DNA of 64,000 nucleotides, from assembly GCF_032116555.1 (NCBI RefSeq), contig NZ_CP134949.1, positions 3,038,001 through 3,102,000 of the forward strand. The letters run 5' to 3'. Position 1 is the first letter of the stretch; the number at the start of each line of letters is the position of its first letter. The translations under genes were made by a program, and so were the position numbers. The DNA is from Halorarum halobium (lineage in GTDB: Archaea; Halobacteriota; Halobacteria; Halobacteriales; Haloferacaceae). The notes beneath the pieces were generated by a model that was given only the letters and a program-made list of their open reading frames with translations, had not been told where the DNA came from and did no database searches. Shown here in pieces: positions 20,375 through 29,341 of this stretch.

Positions 20375-20923
20375 ATGACCGACACGACACGGAACCAGGA
20401 CCCATCCGACGGCACGCTCGCACGGCTCCTCGGCGGGTCGCGGGTCGCCGCGACGCTGCGTGGCCCCTTCCGGGAGGGGTCCCGAACGAGGCGCGCTGCC
20501 GACCGGCTCTCGGCGACCGTCCGGAACGCGTTCCTCTACCGGTGGCTCACGAAGGAGCCCGAGCCGGAGGTCGTCGTCATCGACCTGCGGGAGACGTGGA
20601 CGGTCGGCCCCGCGATTCGGGTGCTCGACTGGGCCGTCGAGCGCACGCTCCCGTACTGGCGCGAGTCGACGCTGAGGCGCTGGCTCGACCGGCTGGTCGA
20701 ACTCGGCGAGCGCGCGGCCGACACGAGGTACGGCGGGCTCGTCGTGCGCCTCCTCGAACCGCCGGAACCGCCGGCGGAGGAGGGCGATTCGGAAGCGAGC
20801 GAAAGCGGGAGGGGAGCGGCGGAGCGCGATCACGGGGCGGCCGATGGCGAGTCCGGAGCGGCCGACGATCCGGAGCCGGTCGGGAGCGGCGACCCGGCCG
20901 GACCGGACGAGCGACACGACTGA
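20375..20923 (+). CDS. Hypothetical protein
   Basis: 182-aa ORF co-oriented 25 nt after the DUF4330-like gene, with 'FLYRWLTKEPEPEVVVIDLRETWTVGP' and an acidic tail. Confidence 0.7.
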   Translation: MTDTTRNQDPSDGTLARLLGGSRVAATLRGPFREGSRTRRAADRLSATVRNAFLYRWLTKEPEPEVVVIDLRETWTVGPAIRVLDWAVERTLPYWRESTLRRWLDRLVELGERAADTRYGGLVVRLLEPPEPPAEEGDSEASESGRGAAERDHGAADGESGAADDPEPVGSGDPAGPDERHD

Positions 20924-20996
20924 CTCGCGGAACGGCCGTGTCTGCCGGGGTCACGGCATCGGTGGCCTTGTATACGATGAAAACATAGTAAACGCC

Positions 20997-21287
20997 ATGG
21001 GAACGATCTCGGCACGGGTCCCCGACGACCTCGAGGCGGAGCTCGAGGCGTACCTCGACGACGAGAAGCTGGACCGGAGCACCGGGGTCAGAAAGCTGCT
21101 CGCGGAAGGGCTCGAGGAGTGGCGCCGGGAGCGGGCGCTGGAGCAACTGGCCGCCGGCGACGTGACGTTCTCGAGGGCGGCAGAACGGGCCGGCATGTCC
21201 GTCTGGGACTTCGCACGGCTGGCGCGCGAACGCGACGTCACGTGGGTCGGTGACGAGCACCTGGCGGCCGACCTCGAGGACCTCTGA
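20997..21287 (+). CDS. UPF0175-family antitoxin-like protein (RHH plus HTH)
   Basis: 'MGTISARVPDDLEAEL...DRSTGVRKLL' and 'VTFSRAAERAGMSVWDF'. Immediately upstream of a PIN gene. Confidence 0.8.
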   Translation: MGTISARVPDDLEAELEAYLDDEKLDRSTGVRKLLAEGLEEWRRERALEQLAAGDVTFSRAAERAGMSVWDFARLARERDVTWVGDEHLAADLEDL

Positions 21288-21800
21288 ATGTGGGTGTTCG
21301 ATGCGACCCCGCTCATCCATCTGGCGAGCGTCGAACGCCTCGACACGATCGAACATCTGGACGAGCACTGCGTGACTCCGGAGCCAGTGTATTCGGAGGT
21401 CGTCACGACCGGCATCGATCGGGGCCATCCCGACGCTCGACGCGTCGAACGCTGCGTCGAGAACGGGGTACTGGAGGTCGTCTCGACGCCCGAGACGTCG
21501 CTCGGTTCCCGGCTTCGAGACAACCCCAATCTGAGCGATGCGGACGCGGCGGTCCTCTCGTGTGCAGCCGACCGTGACGGCACGGCAGTCGTGGACGAGG
21601 CATACGGCCGCGACGTGGCGACGACGGAGGGAGTCCCGACGCGCGGGACCGCGTTTCTCGTTCTCTCGGTCACGAAACGAGGCGTACTCGCCCCCGAGGA
21701 GGCACGCGCCACCATCGACGGGATGATCGAGGAGGGGTGGTACTGTGCGCCCGACCTGTACGCGAAACTGCTCGGGAAACTCGATTCGATCGCGGACTGA
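21288..21800 (+). CDS. PIN-domain protein (DUF3368/VapC-like toxin)
   Basis: 'VFDATPLIHL', 'PEPVYSEV', 'LSDADAAVL', 'VVDEAYGR...A', 'GT'. Its ATG directly follows the antitoxin stop codon. Confidence 0.8.
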   Translation: MWVFDATPLIHLASVERLDTIEHLDEHCVTPEPVYSEVVTTGIDRGHPDARRVERCVENGVLEVVSTPETSLGSRLRDNPNLSDADAAVLSCAADRDGTAVVDEAYGRDVATTEGVPTRGTAFLVLSVTKRGVLAPEEARATIDGMIEEGWYCAPDLYAKLLGKLDSIAD

Positions 21801-21879
21801 TGGGACGGCCGCCGACCCACGACCGCCGACCCGACCCGAGACGACGGGTTGAATAGGCGACTGTCACACACCCACGGTA

Positions 21880-24261
21880 ATGGTCACCGCCCCCGAGATC
21901 CGCGACCTCCTCGAGGACCGGCCGGACCTCGAACCGGCCGTCGAGGCCGTCCTCGAACCCGACGAGCCGTGGTCGTTCGCCGAGGTCGACGTCGACTCGG
22001 GCGCGTTCGGCGAACTCGTCTCCCACGGCGTCGTCGAACACGCGGGCGAGGAGTACCGCGTCGCCGACCGGGCGGCCGTCAGGGCGGCCCTCGACGGCGC
22101 TGCCGACGCGGACGCGACTGCCGGGAGCGCGTCCCGGGACGTCGCGCCGAGCGTGGACGTGTCGCTCCCGGCGATCGACCGCCTCGAACTCGCCCTCCTC
22201 GTCGGCGCGCTGCTGTTCGTCGTCGCCTTCCGGCTCGTCCCGCTCCCGACCGTCTTCCGCGGCGGCGACGTCGTCCTCTCGGCGAACGACCCGTACTTCT
22301 ACCGGTACTGGGTCGAGACGATGCTCTCGGACCCGGGCACGACGCTCTCGTCGGTCCCGAGCGGCATCGCCAAGGGGGAACCGCTCCTCGTCGCGACCCT
22401 CTGGCTCGCCACGGTCGCGCTCGGGGGCACCGCCGAGGCCGCGGGCCACGTCATGGCGTGGTACCCCGTCGTCTCCGCGGTCGTCACCGCCGGGATCGTC
22501 TACTGGTTCACGAAGACGATCACGGACGACCGCCGGATCGGGCTCGCGGCCGTCCTGCTGCTCGCGGTGCTGCCGGCCCACGCCTACCGGACGAGCCTCG
22601 GGTTCGCCGACCACCACCCGTTCGACTACCCGTGGCTCGCCCTGACCGTCCTCGGCATCGTCGTCGTCGCGGACGCGGCACGGCGACCCGACGCGACCCG
22701 CGGATCGGACGCCGCCGGGCGACGGGACACGAACGGCGGGCCGGCCGCCGTCGGACCGCTGCCGCCGATCACCGCCCGAACGGTCTCCGGGGCGCTCGCC
22801 GTCGGCGTCGGCGTGGGTGCCCAGACGCTGGCGTGGGACAACAGCCCGCTCCTGCTCGCTCCGCTCGGCCTCGTTCTGTCGGCCGAAGCGCTCCGCGCGG
22901 TTCGGGCGGGCGAGTCCCCGCTCCGGATCGGGGGCCCGGTCCTGCTCGGGGCGGCCGTCGGCGCGGGAATCGCGTGGGCGGGCCACGCCGGGTTCGGCTG
23001 GCACACGACGCTGGTCGCCTCCGCGCCGACGCTCGTCGTCATCGGCGGCGTCGGCGTGCTCGCCGCCGGCGAACTCGCCCACCGGTTCGACGTCCCGACC
23101 GCGGCGCTCGCCGGCGTCGAGGCCGTCGGCCTCGTCGCCGGCACGGCCGCGCTCGCCGCGGTTCGGCCCGACTACTGGAGCCGGCTCACCACGGGCGTCA
23201 CCGACCGACTGCTCGCCCGCCGGGACATCGCGGAGGTCCAGAGCCTGTTCGGCGAGTCGGTGGGGTGGCTGCTCCTGTTCGGGTTCATCCTCCTGCTCGC
23301 GCTGCCGTACATGGCCTGGGGCGTCCGCCGCGCTCTCGATGACGGGCGCTGGCTCGTGCCGACCGTCTACGCCTGGTACTTCCTCGTCATGTCGGCGATA
23401 CAGGTCCGCTTCGTCGGCGAGCTCGCGCCCGTCATCGTCGTCTTCGCCGGCCTCGGGTTCGTCCACCTGGCCGAGCGCGTCGACGTCGCCCGCCGTCCCG
23501 TCCCGTTCGGGGACCGGACCTCCCTCGACCTCCGGGTTCCGAGCCGGGAGACGCTCGGCCCGCTCGTCGTCCTGTTCCTGCTCGTCACGAGCCTGAGCAT
23601 CGTGCAGGTGCCCGTGAAGACGAGCCAGCTCACCGTCGCCGAGGGCGAGTACGAGACGGCGAGCTGGATCGCCGAGGACGGCGCCGAACGGGGGCTCGAG
23701 TACCCGGAGAGCTACGTGTTCAGCTTCTGGCCGCAAAACCGGATGTACAACTACTTCGTGAGCGGCGAGTCCGAGTCGTACGCCTACGCCCGGAACAACT
23801 ACGAGGAGTTCGTGCGCTCACGGGAGCCGCGGGCGTGGTACAACAGCCTGGACGGGCGGGCCGGCTACGTCGTCACCACGCCCGGGGTGGTCGGGAACGA
23901 ATCCTCGCTCGGCGCGCGGCTCCACGACCACGACGGCAACCGAACCGCAAGCACGCCCGCGCTCGTCCACTACCGGCTCGTCCACAGCGAGGCCGACGGC
24001 GAGTACAAGGTGTTCGAACTCGTCCCCGGCGCGGTCGTCGAGGGGAGCGCGGAGTCGAACGCGACCGTGACCCTCCGGACCGACGTCGCGGTCGAGGGTG
24101 CGTCGTTCACCTACGTCCGGCAGACGACGACCGGCGCGAACGGCACGTACAGCGTCCGCGTCTCCCACCCCGGCGAGTACCGCGTCGCCGGCGGGACGGT
24201 CGAGGTGCCCGAGTCGGCGGTGCGAAACGGCACGGTCGTGTCGACCGCGGGGACGGCATAG
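21880..24261 (+). CDS. STT3/AglB-like membrane glycosyltransferase (GT-C fold), atypical
   Basis: Multiple TM helices, 'SANDPYFY', 'GFADHH', 'DIAE' and a soluble C-terminal domain. The canonical WWDxG is absent; 'SFWPQNRMYNYF' appears to occupy its position. Confidence 0.75.
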   Translation: MVTAPEIRDLLEDRPDLEPAVEAVLEPDEPWSFAEVDVDSGAFGELVSHGVVEHAGEEYRVADRAAVRAALDGAADADATAGSASRDVAPSVDVSLPAIDRLELALLVGALLFVVAFRLVPLPTVFRGGDVVLSANDPYFYRYWVETMLSDPGTTLSSVPSGIAKGEPLLVATLWLATVALGGTAEAAGHVMAWYPVVSAVVTAGIVYWFTKTITDDRRIGLAAVLLLAVLPAHAYRTSLGFADHHPFDYPWLALTVLGIVVVADAARRPDATRGSDAAGRRDTNGGPAAVGPLPPITARTVSGALAVGVGVGAQTLAWDNSPLLLAPLGLVLSAEALRAVRAGESPLRIGGPVLLGAAVGAGIAWAGHAGFGWHTTLVASAPTLVVIGGVGVLAAGELAHRFDVPTAALAGVEAVGLVAGTAALAAVRPDYWSRLTTGVTDRLLARRDIAEVQSLFGESVGWLLLFGFILLLALPYMAWGVRRALDDGRWLVPTVYAWYFLVMSAIQVRFVGELAPVIVVFAGLGFVHLAERVDVARRPVPFGDRTSLDLRVPSRETLGPLVVLFLLVTSLSIVQVPVKTSQLTVAEGEYETASWIAEDGAERGLEYPESYVFSFWPQNRMYNYFVSGESESYAYARNNYEEFVRSREPRAWYNSLDGRAGYVVTTPGVVGNESSLGARLHDHDGNRTASTPALVHYRLVHSEADGEYKVFELVPGAVVEGSAESNATVTLRTDVAVEGASFTYVRQTTTGANGTYSVRVSHPGEYRVAGGTVEVPESAVRNGTVVSTAGTA

Positions 24262-24264
24262 CCG

Positions 24265-24675
24265 ATGCGACGGCTCCCGTTCCCGCTCGTCCCGCGAGCG
24301 CTCCGCTGGCTCGGCGTCCTCGCGGTCCTCGGCGTCATCGGCCACTTCTCGCTCGGGGCCGTGCCGCCCGCGCCCCCGGAGCCGACGCCGTTCTGGGACA
24401 AGCGGCTCCACTTTGCCGCCTACGCCGGGCTGGGGCTCTCGCTCGCGTACGCGACGGTCGGTGCCGACGACGCGTCCCGGCGCGTCGCCGTCGTCCTCGG
24501 GGGCGCGCTCGCGTTCGGCGCGCTCGTCGAACTGCTCCAGGGGACGCTGCCGAACCGCTACTTCGGGTGGGGCGACCTGCTGGCGAACTGTCTGGGCGCG
24601 GCGCTCTCGAGCCTCTGGTTCGCGGTCGAACCGCGACTGGCGTACGTGCGGCTCCCCAGGCGAGGTCGGTCCTAG
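24265..24675 (+). CDS. VanZ family membrane protein
   Basis: 'WDKRLHFAAYAGLG', 'ELLQGTLPNR', 'DLLAN..G'. Confidence 0.85.
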   Translation: MRRLPFPLVPRALRWLGVLAVLGVIGHFSLGAVPPAPPEPTPFWDKRLHFAAYAGLGLSLAYATVGADDASRRVAVVLGGALAFGALVELLQGTLPNRYFGWGDLLANCLGAALSSLWFAVEPRLAYVRLPRRGRS

Positions 24676-24792
24676 GCGGCGAGTAACCGACCGGTAACGG
24701 ACCCGCGATGGACCGGCAGTCGAGCAGCGGTCGACCACCGAGCGCAACGACCGAGTAGCAGCAGACGAGCGAAGCCGGCAGCAGCCGGCGCC

Positions 24793-25605
24793 CTAGACGA
24801 GCAGCAGCCCGCCGAGCATCGCCAGCCCGCCGAGCGCGACACAGACGACCCAGAACGACACCCGCTCGACGACCCGCATCAGCGCGTCGATGGTGAGATA
24901 GCCGACGAGCGCGGCCGCGGCGAGCGAGACGGCGGCCGCGGCGAGCGTCACGTCCGCGAGTCCGGCGTCGAGGTACGCGAGCAGCCCGCCGCCCACGGCC
25001 GCGGGAATCGACAGGAGAAACGAGAACCTGAACGCGTCGGGCCCGTCGTGGCCACGGAGCAACAGCACGCCTGTCGTGGTTCCCGACCGGGAGACGCCGG
25101 GGAGGATGGCGACGCCCTGGGCGAGGCCGACGATGACCGCGTCCAGCAGGTCCGGCTCCGTGCGCCCGCCGAGGCCCAAGCGCGTCGAGAGCCGCTGGAA
25201 CACCCCGGTGAGGACGAGCAGCGCGCCCACCAGCACGACGAACAGCCCGCCGGTGAGCTCCGAGACGACCGCGTCGAGCGTCGCGTAGGCGGCGATGCCG
25301 ACGACGCCCGAGACGAGCGTGCCGACCGCGAGGAACGTCACGGTCGCCTGCTTGCCCTCGAACGCCTCCGCGGGACGCCACGCCGGGAGCAGCCCGAGCA
25401 CCTCGCGGAGGTCGCCGCGGTAGTAGGCCGTCGCCGACAGCGCCGTCCCGAGATGCAAAAAGAGTGCAAAGGCGACGGCGTCGTCGGGCGCACGACCCAG
25501 GAACGAGAGCGCGAGCGCGATGTTCCCCTCGCTGGAGATGGGCAGCCACTCGAACACGCCCTGGAGCGCCCCGACGACGAGCGCCACGAGCAGCGATCGG
25601 TCCAT
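24793..25605 (-). CDS. uppP: Undecaprenyl-diphosphate phosphatase (UppP/BacA family)
   Basis: 'QGVFEWLPISSEG', 'LHLGT', 'PGVSRSGTT', 'FSFLLSIPA'. Start set at ATG 25605. Confidence 0.9.
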   Translation of the reverse strand: MDRSLLVALVVGALQGVFEWLPISSEGNIALALSFLGRAPDDAVAFALFLHLGTALSATAYYRGDLREVLGLLPAWRPAEAFEGKQATVTFLAVGTLVSGVVGIAAYATLDAVVSELTGGLFVVLVGALLVLTGVFQRLSTRLGLGGRTEPDLLDAVIVGLAQGVAILPGVSRSGTTTGVLLLRGHDGPDAFRFSFLLSIPAAVGGGLLAYLDAGLADVTLAAAAVSLAAAALVGYLTIDALMRVVERVSFWVVCVALGGLAMLGGLLLV

Positions 25606-25664
25606 ACGGAGCGTGGCCGGCCCGGGTGGCAAGGGCCTTCCGATACCGTTCGCGGACGGCGGGG

Positions 25665-26159
25665 TCAGCCGCCCGGGGAGCGAGCCGACCGACCGACGAA
25701 CAGCCCGAGTCCGAGACAGCCGGCGAGGACACAGCCGCCGTAGACCGGGACGAACGCCACGCCGTCGAGCAGGAACGGGTTCCAGTCGAGCGGGAGGAAC
25801 GGCGCGGCGTCCGCGTAGAGCAGCGAGTCGAGGACGACGTGCGAGGAGACGCCGACGAGCGCGCCGGCCAGGACGGCCGAGCGGTGGCGCTCCCGCTCCG
25901 GGCGACCGAGCGCGAGCGTCGACTCGATCGGCTGCGGGAGCGCGAGGACGACGCCCGCCACGACGAGCGCGAGCGCGCCGCCGCCGACGAACGTCGTCAG
26001 GATCCCGTGAACGGGATCCCCGAGCGGGCCGTAGACGACCAGCGCCGCCCGCACGTCCACGACCACGCTTGCGAGGAGGAGCGTCGGGAGGTCGAGCCTG
26101 CGGTACAGCAGCGCGCCGAGGAGGAGGGCCGGACCCAGGTGGAACGGGGTGAACGGCAT
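25665..26159 (-). CDS. Membrane protein, putative metal-dependent hydrolase-like
   Basis: 'MPFTPFHLGP', 'VVD', 'HGILTT', 'SHVVLDS', 'PFLPL..NP', with a hydrophobic profile. Start set at ATG 26159. Confidence 0.6.
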   Translation of the reverse strand: MPFTPFHLGPALLLGALLYRRLDLPTLLLASVVVDVRAALVVYGPLGDPVHGILTTFVGGGALALVVAGVVLALPQPIESTLALGRPERERHRSAVLAGALVGVSSHVVLDSLLYADAAPFLPLDWNPFLLDGVAFVPVYGGCVLAGCLGLGLFVGRSARSPGG

Positions 26160-26256
26160 CGATCGGACGGTTCGGGGACGCCACGGAAAAATGACCCTGC
26201 CGAGGGCGTGCCGTGGCGGGTCCACCCCGGCTACCGATCCGGTCGAATCGACTCGG

Positions 26257-27453
26257 CTACCGGTCCCGCAGCACCGACTCGCCGGGCTTCGTCCGCGCGC
26301 CGCCGCTCAACACGACGCCGGCGTTGAGCTTCGTGTCGATGCCGGTCTTCACCGCGTCCCCGCAGACGACCCCGAACTTCCGGCGACCCGTGGAGGTCGA
26401 CTCCCCTTTCACCCGCATGCGGACCGGCTCGTCGTCGTGCCGGAGGTTCGCAACCGTCGTCCCCGCGCCGAAGTTCACGTCCCGTCCGAGCACGCTGTCG
26501 CCGACGTACGAGAGGTGTCCGGCCGTCGCGCCGCGCATGAACACGCTGTTTTTCACCTCGACGGCGTGGCCGACCTTCGCGTCCGGTCCGACGAGCGTCG
26601 AGCCGCGGACGTACGCGTTCGGCCCGACGCTCGCGCCCGACCGCACCAGCGCCGGCCCCTCGATGACGACGCCGGCGTCCACCTCCGCGCCCTCCTCGAC
26701 GACGACGCGCCCGCGGAGGTCGGCCGACCCGTGGACGTCGCCGGCGACGTCCCGTTCGAGTTCGCCGAGCTTCCACTCGTTCGCCTCGAGCAGTTCCCAC
26801 GGTCGGCCCACGTCCAGCCAGCGCTCGAACGGGACGACCCGCACGTCGGCTCGCTCGCAGGCCCGCGTGAGCACGTCCGTGAGCTCCAGTTCGCCCCGCT
26901 CGCTCTCCCCGACGTCGAGCCAATCCTGGGCCTCGGCCGGGAAGGCGTACGCGCCGGTGTTGACGAGGTTCGAGGGCGGGTCCGCCGGCTTCTCGGTGAC
27001 GCCGGTCGCGAAGCGCTCCCCGTCGCGCGATTCGGTGTGGAGGACGCCGTAGTTCTCGGGGGAATCGACGCGGTAGGAGCCGACCGTCGGGGCGAACTCG
27101 TACAGCGTCTCGAGGGACGCCTCGTCGTACAGCGCGTCGCCGTTCAGGACGGCGAACGGCCCGGGATCGAGGCGTGGTGCAGCGGCCCTGACGGCGTCGG
27201 CGGTGCCGCGCTGGTCGGTCTGCTCGGCGTACTCGACGGGCACCCCGGCGAACTCGTCGCCGAAGAACTCGCGGACCGGCGCCGACTCGTAGCCGACGAC
27301 GAGCACGAGCCGCGACGCGCCGGCGGAAACCGCGGCCGCCGCGGCGTGGGCGACGAGCGGACGGTCGGCGACGGGGAGCATCGGCTTGGGGCGGCTCGCG
27401 GTCAGCGGCCGCATTCGCGTCCCTTCGCCGGCCGCCAGGAGGACAGTCTGCAT
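26257..27453 (-). CDS. glmU: Bifunctional sugar-1-phosphate nucleotidylyltransferase/acetyltransferase (archaeal GlmU)
   Basis: 'LLAAGEGTRMRPLT..RPKPMLP', 'RGELELTD', hexapeptide repeats, 'EVKNS', 'HLSYVGDS', 'NFGAGT..ANLRHD', 'RRKFG'. Start set at ATG 27453. Confidence 0.9.
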   Translation of the reverse strand: MQTVLLAAGEGTRMRPLTASRPKPMLPVADRPLVAHAAAAAVSAGASRLVLVVGYESAPVREFFGDEFAGVPVEYAEQTDQRGTADAVRAAAPRLDPGPFAVLNGDALYDEASLETLYEFAPTVGSYRVDSPENYGVLHTESRDGERFATGVTEKPADPPSNLVNTGAYAFPAEAQDWLDVGESERGELELTDVLTRACERADVRVVPFERWLDVGRPWELLEANEWKLGELERDVAGDVHGSADLRGRVVVEEGAEVDAGVVIEGPALVRSGASVGPNAYVRGSTLVGPDAKVGHAVEVKNSVFMRGATAGHLSYVGDSVLGRDVNFGAGTTVANLRHDDEPVRMRVKGESTSTGRRKFGVVCGDAVKTGIDTKLNAGVVLSGGARTKPGESVLRDR

Positions 27454-27532
27454 GGGAGCTACCGCGTCCGCCGGACGCAAATCCGTTGTGGCTCGCGCGA
27501 CGCCCGCGGCGGCCGCGTCATCCGACCGGCCG

Positions 27533-29341
27533 TCATTCGACCGTGACGCTCTTGGCGAGGTTGCGCGGCCGGTCGATGCTGCGGCCGAGGCGGTTCGCCA
27601 TGTGGTAGGCGACGAGCTGGAGCTGTGCGTTCGCCAGCACCGGCGCGGTCCGCGGGTGCGTCTCCGGCACCGACAGCACGGCGTCTGCGTAGCGCTCGAC
27701 GTCCGAGGCCCCGTCCGTGACCGCGACGACCGGCGCGTCGCGCGCCTCGACCTCCTTCACGTTCCCGATGGTCTTTCTCGCCCGCTCGTCGTCGCCCGTC
27801 ACCACGGCGAACACGGGCGTCTCGTCGGTCACGAGCGCGAGCGTCCCGTGTTTCAGCTCGCCCGCCGCGAACCCCTCGGCGTGCTCGTAGGTGATCTCCT
27901 TGAACTTCAGCGCACCCTCCAGCGCGACGGGGTAGGCCGACCCGCGCCCGATGAAGAAGTACGACTCCGAGCCGAGGTACTCGTCCACGACGGCCTCGGC
28001 GTTCGACTCGTCGAGGACGTGCTGGAGGTGGTTCGGGAGGTCACGCAGCGCCGCCACCAGCTCCCGGGAGTCCGCGCCGTCGCGCTCGGCGAGTTCGGCC
28101 GTGAACAGCGAGAGCGCGACGAGCTGTGAGGAGAACGTCTTCGTCGCCGCGACGCCGATCTCGGGCCCCGAGCGGATGTAGAGGACGTGGTCACACTCCC
28201 GGGCGGCCGTCGAGTCGACGACGTTCGTGAGCGCCAGCGTCTCCGCGCCCCGCGCGTCGGCCTCCCGGAGCGCCGAGAGCGTGTCGGCGGTCTCGCCGCT
28301 CTGGGTGACGCCGACGACGAGCGTGTCGTCGGTCACGGGCGCCGGCCCGGTCGCGTACTCGCTGGCGAGGAACGCCTGGGCCGGGATGCCCGCCGAGCGG
28401 AGCGCCTCGACGCCGAACAGCGCCGCGTGGTAGGAGGTGCCACAGGCGACGAACTGGATCCGGCCGGGCGTCGACAGCCCGTCGAGCTGGTCGACGGTGA
28501 CCCGGCCCGCGAGCTCGTCCAGCCGGCCGCTGAGCCCCTGCCGGAGCGCGGTCGGCTGCTCGTTGATCTCCTTCAGCATGAAGTGGTCGTAGCCGCTCTT
28601 GCCGGTCTGTTCGGCGCTCCAGTCGACGGTCGTCACGGACTTCTCGACGGGGGTCCCGTCCGCGTCGGTCACGCGCCAGCCGTCAGGGTCGAGCACCGCG
28701 AACTCGCCGTCGTCGAGGTAGACGACGTCGCGCGTGTGTTCGAGGAACGCCGGCACGTCGCTGCCGAGGTACGTGGCGTCCTCTCCCACGCCGAGCACGA
28801 GCGGCGAGTCGTTCCGCGCGGCGAACACGCGCTCCTCGTCGGCGAGCACGACCGCGATGGCGTAGCTCCCCTCGATGCGGTCGAGCGCGTTCCTGACCGC
28901 GGCCTCGGGGTCGAGGCCGTCCCCGAGCGCGCGGGAGACGAGGTGGGGGACGACCTCGGTGTCGGTGTCGCTGTCGAACGTCACGCCCTCGGACGCCAGT
29001 TCGTCACGGAGCGCCTGGTAGTTCTCGATGATGCCGTTGTGGACGACGGCGACCCCGCCCGACTCGTCGACGTGCGGGTGGGCGTTCGCGTCCGTCGGCG
29101 GGCCGTGGGTGCTCCAGCGGGTGTGGCCGATGCCGACCGAGCCCGCGGGGGCCGTCTCCCCGGCGTCGATGGCGTCCCGGAGGTTCTCCAGTTCGCCCGC
29201 GCGCTTTTGCACGTCGAGTCCCGGCGTCGAGAGCGCGACACCGGCCGAGTCGTAGCCGCGGTACTCCAGCGTCGAGAGCCCGTCGAGCACGACGTCGAGC
29301 GTCTCGTCGCCCCGGCCGACGACGCCGATGATGCCACACAT
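27533..29341 (-). CDS. glmS: Glutamine--fructose-6-phosphate transaminase (isomerizing)
   Basis: 'MCGIIG', 'EYRGYDSAG', 'GHTRWSTHG', 'HNGIIEN', 'QSGETADT', 'GELKHG', C-terminal 'PRNLAKSVTVE'. Confidence 0.97.
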   Translation of the reverse strand: MCGIIGVVGRGDETLDVVLDGLSTLEYRGYDSAGVALSTPGLDVQKRAGELENLRDAIDAGETAPAGSVGIGHTRWSTHGPPTDANAHPHVDESGGVAVVHNGIIENYQALRDELASEGVTFDSDTDTEVVPHLVSRALGDGLDPEAAVRNALDRIEGSYAIAVVLADEERVFAARNDSPLVLGVGEDATYLGSDVPAFLEHTRDVVYLDDGEFAVLDPDGWRVTDADGTPVEKSVTTVDWSAEQTGKSGYDHFMLKEINEQPTALRQGLSGRLDELAGRVTVDQLDGLSTPGRIQFVACGTSYHAALFGVEALRSAGIPAQAFLASEYATGPAPVTDDTLVVGVTQSGETADTLSALREADARGAETLALTNVVDSTAARECDHVLYIRSGPEIGVAATKTFSSQLVALSLFTAELAERDGADSRELVAALRDLPNHLQHVLDESNAEAVVDEYLGSESYFFIGRGSAYPVALEGALKFKEITYEHAEGFAAGELKHGTLALVTDETPVFAVVTGDDERARKTIGNVKEVEARDAPVVAVTDGASDVERYADAVLSVPETHPRTAPVLANAQLQLVAYHMANRLGRSIDRPRNLAKSVTVE

